Below are positions 41,901 through 56,800 of a stretch of 64,000 bases of DNA, piece by piece. The position numbers and the translations under genes are program-made. Numbering within the stretch: position 1 is the first letter of the stretch; every line of letters begins with the position of its first letter. Origin of the DNA: the human T2T-CHM13v2.0 reference genome, Homo sapiens; assembly GCF_009914755.1 (NCBI RefSeq), contig NC_060933.1. The stretch is one strand, 5' to 3'. A model generated the notes under the pieces. That model was not told the origin of the DNA. It made no database searches and saw nothing but the letters and a program-made list of their open reading frames with translations.

Positions 41901-44799
41901 AGGAATGGAAAGGAATGGAATGGAATGGAATGGAATAGAATGGAATGGAATGGAATGGAATCAACTCGATTGCAATAGAATGGAACGGAATGGAATTAAC
42001 CCGAATAGAATGGAATGGAATGGAATGGAACGGAACGGAACGGAACGGAACTGAATGGAATGGAATGCAATGGAATGGAATGGAATGGTATGGAATGGAA
42101 TGGAATGGTACGGAATAGAATGGAATGGAACGAATTGGAATGGAATGGAATCGAATGGAATGGAATGGAATCAACCAGAGTGCAGGGGAATGTAATGGAA
42201 CGGAATGCAATGGAGTGGAATCATCCGGAATGGAATGGAATGGAATGGAATGGAATCAATCCGAGTGCAGTGGAATGTAATGGAACGGAATGCAATGGAA
42301 TGGAATCATCCGCAATGGAATGGAATGGAATGGAATGGAATGGAATGGAATGGAATCAACCCGATTGCAATTGAATGGAGTGGAATGGAATGGAATGGAA
42401 TGTAAACAACCCGAATGGAATGGAATATAATGGAGTGTAAGGGAATTGAATGGAATCAATCCGAATGCAATGGAATGGAATGGAAAGGAATGGAATTGAA
42501 TGGAATGGAATGGAATGGAATCAACCCGAGTGTAATGGAATGGAATCGAAAGGAATGGAAAGGAATGGAATGGATTCAACACCAATGTAATGGAAAGGAA
42601 TGGAATCAACCCGAGTGGAATGGCATGGAATGGAATGGAATGGAATGGAATGGAATGGTACAGAACGGAATGGATTGGAACGAAATGGACTGGAATGGAA
42701 TGGAATGGAATGGAATGGAATGGAATGGAAGGGAATTAACCCGAATAGATTGGAATGGAATGGAATGGAATCAACCCGAGTACAGGGGAATGGAATGGAA
42801 TGGAATGCAATGGAATGGAATCATCCGTAATGGTATGGAAAGGAATGGAATGGAATGGAATGGAATGGAATAGAATGGAAAGGAATGGAATGGAATCAAC
42901 TCGATTGCAATAGAATGGAATGGAATGGAATTAACCCGAATAGAATGGAATGGAATGGAATGGAATGGAATGGAACGGAACGGAATGGAATAGAATGGAA
43001 TGGAATGGAATGGAACGGAAAGGAACGGAATGAAATGGAATGGAATGGAATGGAATGGAATCAACACGAGTGCAGGGGAATGGAATGGAATGGAACGCAA
43101 TGGAATGGAATCTTCCGCAATGGAATGGAATGGAATGGAATGGATTGGAATGGAATGGATACAACTCGATTGCAATGGAATGGAATGGATTGGAATGGAA
43201 TGGAATGGAATGGAATTAACCCGAATAGAATGGAACGGAATGGAATGGAAAGGAAGGTAATGGAATGGAATGGAATGGAATCAACCCGAGTGCAGGGGAA
43301 TGGAATGGAATGGAATGCAATGGAATGGAATCATCCGGAATGGAATGCAATGGAATGGAATGGAATGCAATGGAATGGAATGGAATGCAATGGAATGGAA
43401 TCATCCGGAATGGAATGGAATGGAATGGAATGGAATGGAATGGAATCAACTCGATTCCAATGGAATGGAATGGAATAGAACGGAATGGAATTAACATGAA
43501 TAGAATGGAATGGAATGGAATGGAACGGAATGGAATGGAATGGAATGGATTCAACTCGATTGCAATGGAATGAAATAGAATGGAATGGAATGGAATGGAA
43601 TGGAATTAACCCGAATAGAATGGAATGGAATGGATTGGAATGGAATGGAACGGAATGTAATGGAATAGAATGGAATGGAATCAACCTGAGTGCAGGGGAA
43701 TGGAATGGAATGGAATGCAATGGAATGGAATCATCAGAAATGGAATGGAATGGAATGGAATGGAATGGAATGGAATTGAATGGAATCAACTCGATTTCAA
43801 TGGAATGGAATGGAATAAAATGGAATGGAATTAACACGAATAGAATGGATTGGAATGGAATGGAATGGAACGGAAAGGAATGGAATGGAATGGAATGGAA
43901 TCAACCCAAGTGCAGGGGAATGGAATGGAATGGAATTCAGTGGAATGGAATCATCTGGAATGGAATGGAATGGAATGGAATCGAATGGAATGGAATCAAC
44001 CCGAGTGCAATGGAATGGAGAGGAATGGAATGGAATGGAATGGAAACTACCAGAATGGAATGGAATGTAATGGAGTGTAAGGGAATTGAATAGAATCAAT
44101 CCGAATGAAATGGAATGGAATGGAACGGAATGGAATGAAATGGAATGGAATGGAATGGAATGGAATGCAATGGAATGGAATCAACCCGAGTGCAATCGAA
44201 TGGAATAGAATGGAATGGAATGCAATGGAATGGATTCAACTTGAATGGAATGGAAAGAATGGAATCAACACGAGTGGAATGGCATGAATTGGAATGGAAT
44301 GGAATGGAATCAACCCGAGTACAGGGGAATGGAATGGAATGGAATGGAATGCAATGGACTGGAATCATCCGTAATGGAATGGAAAGGAATGGAATGGAAT
44401 GGAATGGAATGGAATGGAATCAACTCGATTGCAATCGAATGGAATGGAATGGAATTAACCCGAATAGAATGGAATGGAATGGAATGGAACGGAACGGAAT
44501 GGAATGGAACGGAATGGAATGGAACGGAACGGAATGGAATGGAATGGAATGGAATGGAATGGACTGGAATGGAATCAACGCGAGTGCAGGGGAATGGAAT
44601 GGAATGGAATGCAATGGAATGGTATGTTCCAGAATGGAATGGAATGGAATGGAATGGAATGGAATGGAATGGAATGGAATGCAATGGATTCAACTCGATT
44701 GCAATGGAATGGAATAGAATGGAATGGAATGGAATGGAATGCAATCAACCCGAATAGAATGGAATTGAATGGAATGGAACGGAACGGAATGGAACGGAA

Positions 44800-47700
44800 C
44801 TGAATGGAATGGAATGCAATGGAATGGAATGGAATGGTATGGAATGGAATGGAATGGTACGGAATAGAATGGAATGGAACGAAATGGAATGGAATGGAAT
44901 CGAATGGAATGGAATGGAATCAACCCGAGTGCAGGGGAATGTAATGGAACGGAATGCAATGGAATGGAATCATCCGGAATGGAATGGAATGGAATGGAAT
45001 GGAATCAACCCGAGTGCAATGGAATGGAGTGGAATGGAATGGAATGGAATGTGAACAACCCGAATGGAATGGAATATACTGGAGTGTAAGGGAATTGAAT
45101 GGAATCAATCCGAATGTAATGGAATGGAATGGAAAGGAATGGAATGGAATGGAATGGAATGGAATGCAATGGAATCAACCCGAGTGTAATGGAATGGAAT
45201 CGAAAGGAATGGAAAGGAATGGAATGGATTCAACTCGATTGCAATGGAATGGAATAGAATGGAATGGAATGGAATGGAATGGAATGGAATGGAATGGAAT
45301 TAACCCGAATAGAATGGAATGGAATGGAAAGCAACGGAACGGAATGGAATGGAATGGAATGGAATGGAATGGAATGGAATGGTATGGAATGGAATGGAAT
45401 GGTGCGGAATAGAATGGAATGGAACGAATTGGAATGGAATGGAATCGAATGGAATGGAATGGAATGGAATGGAATCAACCCGAGTACAGTGGAATGTAAT
45501 GGAACAGAATGCAATGGAATGGAATCATCCGCAATGGAATGGAATGGAATGGAATGGAATGGAATGGAATGGAATGGAATGGAATCAACTCGATTGCAAT
45601 GGAATGGAATGGAATGGAATGGAATAGAATGGAATGGAATTAACCCGGATAGATTGGAGTGGAATGGAATGGAATCAACCCGAGTACAGGGGAATGGAAT
45701 GGAATGGAATGGAATGGAATCAACCCGAGTACAGGGGAATGGAATGGAATGGAAAGCAATGGAATGGAATCATCCATAAAGGAATGGAAAGGAATGGAAT
45801 GGAATGCAATGGAATGGTATAGAATGGAATGGAATGGAATGGAATCAACTCGATTGCAATAGAATGGAATGGAATGGAATTAACCCGAATAGAATGGAAT
45901 GGAATGGAATGGAACGGAACGGAATGGAATGGAATGGAATGGAATGGAATGGAACGGAACGGAATGGAATGGAATGGAATGGAATGGAATGGAATCAACG
46001 CGAGTGCAGGGGAATGGAATGGAATGGAATGCAATGGAATGGAATCTTCCGGAATGGAATGGAATGGAATGGAATGGAATGGAATGGAATGGATTCAACT
46101 CGATTGCAATGGAATGGAATGGAATGGAATGGAATGGAATCAACCCGAATAGAATGGAATGGAATGGAATGGAACGGAAAGGAATGGAACGGAACGCAAT
46201 GGAATGGAATACAATGGAATGGAATGGAATGGTATGGAATGGAATGGAACGGTACGGAATAGAATGGAATGGAACGAATTGGAATGGAATGGAATCGAAT
46301 GGAATGGAATGGAATCAACCCGAGTGCAGGGGAATGTAATGGAACGGAATGCAATGGAATAGAATCATCCGGAATGGAATGGAATGGAATGGAATGGAAT
46401 CAACCCGAGTGCAATGGAATGGAGTGGAATGGAATGGAATGGAATGTAAACAACCCGAATGGAATGGAATATACTGGAGTGTAAGGGAATTGAATGGAAT
46501 CAATCCGAATGTAATGGAATGGAATGGAAAGGAATGGAATGGAATGGAATGGAATGGAATGGAATCAACCCGAGTGTAATGGAATGGAATCGAAAGGAAT
46601 GGAAAGGAATGGAATGGATTCAACTCGATTGCAACGGAATGGAATCATCTGGAATGGAATGGAATGGAATGGAATGGAATCAACCCGAGTGCAATGGAAT
46701 GGAGTGGAATGGAATGGAATGGAATGTAAACAACCCGAATGGAATGGAATATACTGGAGTGTAAGGGAATTGAATGGAATCAATCCGAATGTAATGGAAT
46801 GGAATGGAAAGGAATGGAATGGAATGGAATGGAATGGAATGGAATGGAATCAACCCGAGTGTAATGGAATGGAATCGAAAGGAATGGAAAGGAATGGAAT
46901 GGATTCAACTCGATTGCAATGGAATGGAATAGAATGGAATGGAATGGAATGGAATGGAATGGAATGGAATTAACCCAAATAGAATGGAATGGAATGGAAA
47001 GCAACGGAACGGAATGGAATGGAATGGAATGGAATGGAATGGAATGGAATGGAATGGTATGGAATGGAATGGAATGGTGCGGAATAGAATGGAATGGAAC
47101 GAATTGGAATGGAATGGAATCGAATGGAATGGAATGGAATGGAATGGAATCAACCCGAGTACAGTGGAATGTAATGGAACAGAATGCAACGGAATGGAAT
47201 CATCCGTAATGGAATGGAATGGAATGGAATGGAATGGAATGGAATGGAATGGAATCAACTCGATTGCAATGGAATGGAATGGAATGGAATGGAATAGAAT
47301 GGAATGGAATTAACCCGGATAGATTGGAATGGAATGGAATGGAATCAACCCGAGTACAGGGGAATGGAATGGAATGGAATGGAATGGAATCAACCCGAGT
47401 ACAGGGGAATGGAATGGAATGGAAAGCAATGGAATGGAATCATCCATAAAGGAATGGAAAGGAATGGAATGGAATGCAATGGAATGGAATAGAATGGAAT
47501 GGAATGGAATGGAATAAACTCGATTGCAATAGAATGGAATGGAATGGAATTAACCCGAATAGAATGCAATGGAATGGAATGGAACGGAACGGAATGGAAT
47601 GGAATGGAATGGAATGGAATGGAACGGAACGGAATGGAATGGAATGGAATGGAATGGAATGGAATCAACGCGAGTGCAGGGGAATGGAATGGAATGGAAT

Positions 47701-47800
47701 GCAATGGAATGGAATCTTCCGGAATGGAATGGAATGGAATGGAATGGAATGGAATGGAATGGATTCAACTCGATTGCAATGGAATGGAATGGAATGGAAT
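44800..47800 (+). repeat. Tandem duplication with ~1.67 kb offset, containing an internal ~280-bp duplication
   Basis: Private markers GGAAAGCAACGG at 45326/46996, CGAGTACAGTGG at 45481/47156 and TAACCCGGATAGATT at 45641/47311. Internal repeat at 46401 versus 46681. Confidence 0.85.
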
Positions 47801-50800
47801 GGAATGGAATGGAATGGAATGGAATTAACCCGAATAGAATGGAACGGAATGGAATGGAAAGGAAGGTAATGGAATGGAATGGAATGGAATCAACCCGAGT
47901 GCAGGGGAATGGAATGGAATGGAATGCAATGGAATGGAATCATCCGGAATGGAATGCAATGGAATGGAATGGAATGCAATGGAATGGAATCATCCGGAAT
48001 GGAATGGAATGGAATGGAATAGAATGGAATCGAATGGAATGGAATGGAATCAAGTCGATTCCAATGGAATGGAATGGAATGGAATGGAATGGAATGGAAT
48101 GGAATGGAATCAACTCGATTCCAATGGAATGGAATGGAATAGAACGGAATGGAATTAACACGAATAGAATGGAATGGAATGGAATGGAATGGAATGGATC
48201 GGAATGGAATGGATTCAACTCGATTGCAATTGAATGAAATACAATGGAATGGAATGGAATGGAATGGAATTCAGTGGAATGGAATCATCCGGAACGGAAT
48301 GGAATGGAATAGAATGGAATGGAATGGAATGGAATGGAATCAACCCGAGTGCAATGGAATGGAGAGGAATGGAATGGAATGGAATGGAAACTACCCGAAT
48401 GGAATGGAATGGAATGGAATGTAAGGAATTGAATAGAATCAATCCGAATGAAATGGAATGGAATGGAACGGAATGGAATGAAATGGAATGGAATGGAATG
48501 GAATGGAATGCAATGGAATGGATTCAACCCGAGTGCAATAGAATGGAATCGAATGGAATGGAATGCAATGGAATGGATTCAACTTGAATGGAATGGAAAG
48601 AATGGAATCAACACGAGTGGAATGGCATGGATTGGAATGGAATGGAATGGAATCAACCCGATTACAGGGGAATGGAATGGAATGGAATGGAATGCAAAGA
48701 AATGGAACGAAACGGAATGGAATGGAAAGGAATGGAATGGAATGGAATGGACTGGAATGGAATCAACGCGAGTGCAGTGGAATGGAATGGAATGGAATGC
48801 AATGCAATGGTATGTTCCGGAATGGAATGGAATGGAATGGAATGGAACGGAATGCAATGCAATGGATTCAACTCGATTGCAATGGAATGGAATAGAATGG
48901 AATGGAATGGAATGGAATGGAATCAACCCGAATAGAATGGAATGGAATGGAATGGAACGGAAAGGAATGGAACGGAACGCAATGGAATGGAATACAATGG
49001 AATGGAATGGAATGGTATGGAATGGAATGGAACGGTACGGAATTGAATGGAATGGAACGAATTGGAATGGAATGGAATCGAATGGAATGGAATGGAATCA
49101 ACCCGAGTGCAGGGGAATGTAATGGAACGGAATGCAACGGAATGGAATCATCTGGAATGGAATGGAATGGAATGGAATGGAATCAACCCGAGTGCAATGG
49201 AATGGAGTGGAATGGAATGGAATGGAATGTAAACAACCCGAATGGAATGGAATATAATGGAGTGTAAGCGAATTGAATGGAATCAATCCGAATGTAATGG
49301 AATGGAATGGAAAGGAAGGGAATGGAATGGAATGGAATGGAATGGAATGGAATGGAATCAACCCGAGTGTAATGGAATGGAATCGAAAGGAATGGAAAGG
49401 AATGGAATGGATTCAACTCGATTGCAATGGAATGGAATAGAATGGAATGTAATGGAATGGAATGGAATGGAATTAACCCGAATAGAATGGAATGGAATGG
49501 AATGGAACGCAACGGAACGGAACGGAATGGAATGGAATGGAATGTAATGGAATGGAATGGAATGGTATGGAATGGAATGGAATGGTGCGGAATAGAATGG
49601 AATGGAACGAATTGGAATGGAATGGAATCGAATGGAATGGAATGGAATGGAATGGAATCAACCCGAGTGCAGTGGAATGTAAGGGAACGGAATGCAAAGG
49701 AATGGAATCATCCGCAATGGAATGGAATGGAATGGAATGGAATGGAATGGAATCAACCCGAGTGCAATGGAATGGAGTGGAATGGAATGGAATGTAAACA
49801 ACCCGAATGGAATGGAATATAATATAGTGTAAGGGAATTGAATGGAATCAATCCGAATGCAATGGAATGGAAAGGAAAGGAATGGAATTGAATGGAATGG
49901 AATGGAATGGAATCAACCCGAGTGTAATGGAATGGAATCGAAAGGAATGGAAAGGAATGGAATGGATTCAACACCAATGCAATGGAAAGGAATGGAATCA
50001 ACCCGAGTGGAATGGCATGGAATGGAATGGAAAGGAATGGAATGGCATGGTACAGAACGGAATGGATTGGAACGAAATGGAATGGAATGGAATGGAATGG
50101 AATGGAATGGAATGGAATGGAATCAACTCGATTGCAATGGAATGGATTGGAATGGAATGGAATGGAATAGAATGGAAGGGAATTAACCCGAATAGATTGG
50201 AATGGAATGGAATACAATCAACCCGAGTACAGGGGAATGGAATGGAATGGAATGCAATGGAATGGAATCATCCGTAAAGGAATGGAAAGGAATGGAATGG
50301 AATGGAATGGAATAGAATGGAATGGAATGGAATGGAATCAACTCTATTGAAATAGAATGGAACGGAATGGAATTAACCCGAATAGAATGGAATGGAATGG
50401 AATGGAACGGAACGGAACGAAACGGAACTGAATGGAATGGAATGCAATGGAATGGAATGGAATGGTATGGAATGGAATGGAATGGTACGGAATAGAATGG
50501 AATGGAACGAATTGGAATGGAATGGAATCGAATGGAATGGAATGGAATCAACCAGAGTGCAGGGGAATGTAATGGAACGGAATGCAATGGAATGGAATCA
50601 TCCGGAATGGAATGGAATGGAATGGAATGGAATCAACCCGAGTGCAATGGAATGGAGTGGAATGGAATGGAATGGAATGTAAACAACCCGAATGGAATGG
50701 AATATACTGGAGTGTAAGGGAATTGAATGGAATCAATCCGAATGTAATGGAATGGAATGGAAAGGAATGGAATGGAATGGAATGGAATGGAATGGAATGG

Positions 50801-53800
50801 AATGGAATCAACCCGAGTGTAATGGAATGGAATCGAAAGGAATGGAAAGGAATGGAATGGATTCAACCCGATTGCAATGGAATGGAATAGAATGGAATGG
50901 AATGGAATGGAATGGAATGGAGTTAACCGGAATAGAATGGAATGGAATGGTATGGAACGCAACGGAACGGAATGGAATGGAAAGGAATGGAATGGAATGG
51001 AATGGAATGGAATGGAATGGAATGGTATGGAATGGAATGGAATGGTGCGGTATAGAATGGATTGGAACGAATTGGAATGTAATGGAATCGAATGGAATGG
51101 AATGGAATGGAAGGGAATCAACCCGAGTGCAGTGGAATGTAATGGAACGGAATGCAATGGAATGGAATCATACGCAATGGAATGGAATGGAATGGAATGG
51201 AATGGAATGGAATGGAATGGAATCAACCCGAGTGCAATGGAATGGAGTGGAATGGAATGGAATGGAATGTAAACAACACGAATGGAATGGAATATAATGG
51301 AGTGTAAGGGAATTGAATGGAATCAATCCGAATGTAATGGAATGGAATGGAAAGGAATGGAATTGAATGGAATGGAATGGAATGGAATCAACCCGAGTGT
51401 AATGGAATGGAATCGAAAGGAATGGAAAGGAATGGAATGGATTCAACACCAATGTAATGGAAAGGAATGGAATCAACCCGAGTGGAATGGCATGGAATGG
51501 AATGGAAAGGAATGGAATGGAATGGTACAGAACGGAATGGATTGGAACGAAATGGAATGGAATGGAATGGAATGGAATGGAATGGAATGGAATGGAATGG
51601 AATCAACTCGATTGCAATGGAACGGAATGGAATGGAATGGAATAGAATGGAATGGAATTAACCCGAATAGATTGGAATGGAATGGATTGGAATCAACCAT
51701 AGTACAGGGGAATGGAATGGAATGGAATGCAATGGAATGGAATCATCCATAAAGGAATGGAAAGGAATGGAATGGAATAGAATGGAATGGAATGGAATGG
51801 AATTAACCCGAATAGAATGGAATGGAATGGAATGGAACACAACGGAACGGAATGGAATGGAATGGAATGGAATGGAATGGAATGGAAAGGAATGGAATGG
51901 AATCAACACGAGTGCAGTGGAATGTAAGGGAACGGAATGCAATGGAATGGAATCATCCGCAATGGAATGGAATGGAATGGAATGGAATGGAATGGAATGG
52001 AATGGAATCAACCCGAGTGCAATGGAATGGAGTGGAATGGAATGGAATGGAATGTAAACAACCCGAATGGAATGGAATATAATGGAGTGTAAGGGAATTG
52101 AATGGAATGAATCCGAATGCAATGGAATGGAATGGAAAGGAATGGAATTGAATGGAATGGAACGGAATGGAATCAACCCGAGTGTAATGGAATGGAATAG
52201 AAAGGAATGGAAAGGAATGGAATGGATTGAACCCCAGTGTAATGGAAAGGAATGGAATCAACCCGAGAGGAATGGCATGGAATGGAATGGAAAGGAATGA
52301 AATGGAATGGTACAGAACGGAATGGATTGGAACGAAATGGAATGGAATGGAATGGAATGGAATGGAATGGAATGGAATCAACTCGATTGCAATGGAGTGG
52401 AATGGAATGGAATGGAATGGAATGGAATAGAATGGAAAGGAATTAACCCGAATAGATTGGAATGGAATGGAATGGAATCAACCCGAGTACAGGGGAATGG
52501 AATGGAATGGAATGCAATGGAATGGAATCATCCGTAAAGGAATGGAAAGGAATGGAATGGAAAGGAATAGAATGGAATGGAATGGAATGCAATCAACTCG
52601 ATTGCAATAGAATAGAATGGAATGGAATTAACCCGAATAGAATGCAATGGAATGGAATGGAACGGAACGGAATGGAATAGAATGGAATGGAATGGAATGG
52701 AATGGAACGGAACGGAACGGAATGAAATGGAATGGAATGGAATGGAATGGAATCAACGCGAGTGAAGGGGAATGGAATGGAATGGAATGCAATGGAATGG
52801 AATCTTCCGGAATGGAATGGAATGGAATGGAATGGAATGGAATGGAATGGATTCAACTCGATTGCAATGGAATGGAATGGAATGGAATGGAATGGAATGG
52901 AATGGAATGGAATGGAATTAACCCGAATAGAATGGAATGGAATGGAATAGAAAGGAATGTAATGGAATGGAATGGAATGGAATCAACCCGAGTGCAGGGG
53001 AATGGAATGGAATGGATTGCAATGGAATGGAATCATCCAGAATGGAATGCAGTGGAATGGAATGGAATGCAATGGAATGGAATCATCCGGAATGGAATGG
53101 AATGGAATAGAATGGAATGGAATGGAATGGAATCAACTCCATTCCAATGGAATGGAATGGAATAGAACGCAATGGAATTAACACGAATAGAATGGAATGG
53201 AATGGAATGGAACGGAATGGAATGGAATGGAATGGATTCAACTCGATTGCAATGGAATGAAATAGAATGGAATGGAATGGAATGGAATGGATTTAACCCG
53301 AATAGAATGGAATGGAATGGAATGGAACGGAATGTAATGGAATAGAATCGAATGGAATCAACCTGAGTGCAGGGGAATGGAATGGAATGGAATGCAATGG
53401 AATGGAATCATCAGGAATGGAAAGGAATGGAATGGAATGCAATGGAATGGAATCAACTCGATTTCAATGGAATGGAATGGAATAGAATGGAATGGAATTA
53501 ACACGAATAGAATGGATTGGAATGGAATGGAATGGAACGGAAAGGAATGGAATGGAATGGAAAGGAATCAACCCAAGTGCAGGGGAATGGAATGGAATGG
53601 AATTCAGTGGAATGGAATCATCCGGAATGGAATGGAATGGAATGGAATGGAATGGAATGGAATGGAATCAACCCGAGTGCAATGGAATGGAGAGGAATGG
53701 AATGGAATGGAATGGAAACTACCCAAATGGAATGGAATGTAATGGAGTGTAAGGGAATTGAATAGAATCAATCCGAATGAAATGGAATGGAATGGATCGG

Positions 53801-56800
53801 AATGGAATGAAATGGAATGGAATGGAAAGGCATGGAATGCAATGGAATGGAATCAACCCGAGTGCAATCGAATGGAATCGAATGGAATGGAATGCAATGG
53901 AATGGATTCAAATTGAATGGAATGGAAAGAATGGAATCAACACGAGTGGAATGGCATGGATTGGAATGGAATGGAATGGAATCAACCCGAGTACAGGGGA
54001 ATGGAATGGAATGGAATGGAATGCAATGGAATGGAATCATCGGTAATGGAATGGAAAGGAATGGAATGGAATGGAATGGAATGGAATCAACTAGATTGCA
54101 ATCGAATGGAATGGAATGGAATTAACCCGAATAGAATGGAATGGAATGGAATGGAACGGAACGGAATGGAATGGAATGGAATGGAATGGAATGGACTGGA
54201 ATGGAATCAACGCGAGTGCAGGGGAATGGAATGGAATGGAATGCAATGGAATGGTATGTTCCGGAATGGAATGGAATGGAATGGAATGGAATGCAATGGA
54301 TTCAACTCGATTGCAATGGAATGGAATAGAATGGAATGGAATGGAATGGAATGGAATCAACCCGAATAGAATGGAATGGAATGGAATGGAACGGAACGGA
54401 ACGGAACGTAACTGAATGGAATGGAATGCAATGGAATGGAATGGAATGGTATGGAATGGAATGGAATGGTACGGAATAGAATGGAATGGAACGAATTGGA
54501 ATGGAATGGAATCGAATGGAATGGAATGGAATCAACCCGAGTGCAGGGGAATGTATTGGAACGGAATGCAATGGAATGGAATCATCCGTAATGGAATGGA
54601 ATGGAATGGAATGGAATGGAATCAACCCGAGTGCAATGGAATGGAGTGGAATGGAATGGAATGGAATCGAAACAACCCGAATGGAATGGAATATACTGGA
54701 GTGTAAGGGAATTGAATGGAATCAATCCGAATGCAATGGAATGGAATGGAAAGGAATGGAATGGAATGGCATGGAATGTAATGGAATCAACCCGAGTGTA
54801 ATGGAATGGAATCGAAAGGAATGGAAAGGAATGGAATGGATTCTACTCGATTGCAATGGAGTGGAATAGAATGGAATGGAATGGAATGGAATGGAATGGA
54901 ATGGAATGGAATGCAATGGATTCAACTCGATTGCAATGGAATGGAATAGAATGGAATGGAATGGAATGGAATGGAATCAACCCGAATAGAATGGAATGGA
55001 ATGGAATGGAACGGAACGGAATGGAATGGAATGGAATGGAATAGAATGGAATGGAATGGAATGGAATGGAATGGAATGGAATGGAATGGAATGGAATTAA
55101 CCCGAATAGAATGGAATGGAATGGAATGGAACGCAACGGAACGGAATGGAATGGAATGGAATGGAATGGAATGGAATGGTAAGGAATGGCATGGAATGGT
55201 GCGGAATAGAATGGAATGGAACGAATTGGAATGGAATGGAATCGAATGGAACGGAATGGAATGGAAAGGAATCAACCCGAGTGTAATGGAATGGAATCGA
55301 AAGGAATGGAAAGGAATGGAATGGATTCAACACCAATGTAATGGAAAGGAATGGAATCAACCCGAGTGGAATGGCATGGAATGGAATGGAAAGGAATGGA
55401 ATGGAATGGTACAGAACGGAATGGATTGGAACGAAATGGAATGGAATGGAATGGAATGGAATGGAACGGAATCAACTCGATTGCAATGGAATGGAATGGA
55501 ATGGAATGGAAAAGAATGGAATGGAATTAACCCGAATAGATTGGAATGGAATGGAATGGAATCAACACGAGTACAGGGGAATCGAATGGAATGGAATGCA
55601 ATGGAATGGAATCATCCGTAAAGGAATGGAAAGGAATGGAATGGAATGGAATGGAATGGAATAGAATGGAATGGAATGGAATGGAATCAAATCGATTGCA
55701 ATAGAATGGAATGGAATGGAATTAACCCGAATAGAACGGAATGGAATGGAATGGAACGGAACCGAATGGAATAGATTGGAATGGAATGGAATGGAATGGA
55801 AGGGAACGGAAGGGAATGGAATGGACTGGAATGGAATCAACGCGAGTGCAGGGGAATGGAATGGAATGGAATGCAATGGAATGGAATCTTCCGGAATGGA
55901 ATGGAATGGAATGGATTCAACTCGATTGCAATGGAATGGAATGGAATGGAATGGAATAGAATGGAATGGAATGGAATTAACCCGAATAGAATGGAATGGA
56001 ATGGAATGGAAAGGAATGTAATGGAATGGAATGGAATGGAATCAACCCGAGTGCAGGGGAATGGAATGGAATGGAATGCAATGGAATGGAATCATCCGGA
56101 ATGGAATGCAATGGAATGGAATGGAATGCAATGGAATGGAATCATCCGGAATGGAATGGAATGGAATGGAATGGAATGGAATGGAATGGAATGGAATAGA
56201 ATCAACTCGATTCCAATGGAATGGAATGGAATAGAACGGAATGGAATTAACACGAATAGAATAGAATGGAATGGAATGGAATGGAACGGAATGGAATGGA
56301 ATGGAATGGATTCAACTCGATTGCAATGGAATGAAATAGAATGGAATGGAATGGAATGGAATGGAATTAACCCGAATAGAATGGAATGGAATGGAATGGA
56401 AAGGAATGTAATGGAATAGAATGGAATGGAATCAACCTGAGTGCAGGGGAATGGAATGGAATGGAATGCAATGGAATGGAATCATCAGGAATGGAATGGA
56501 ATGGAATGCAATGGAATGGAATGGAATCAACTCGATTTCAATGGAGTGGAATGGAATAGAATAGAATGGAATTAACACGAATAGAATGGATTGGAATGGA
56601 ATGGAATGGAACGGAAAGGAATGGAATGGAATGGAATGGAATCAACCCAATTGCAGGGGAATGGAATGGAATGGAATTCAGTGGAATGGAATGATCCGGA
56701 ATGGAATGGAATGGAATGCAATGGAATGGAATGGAATGGAATGGAATCAACCCGAGTGCAATGGAATGGAGAGGAATGGCATGGAATGGAATGGAAACTA

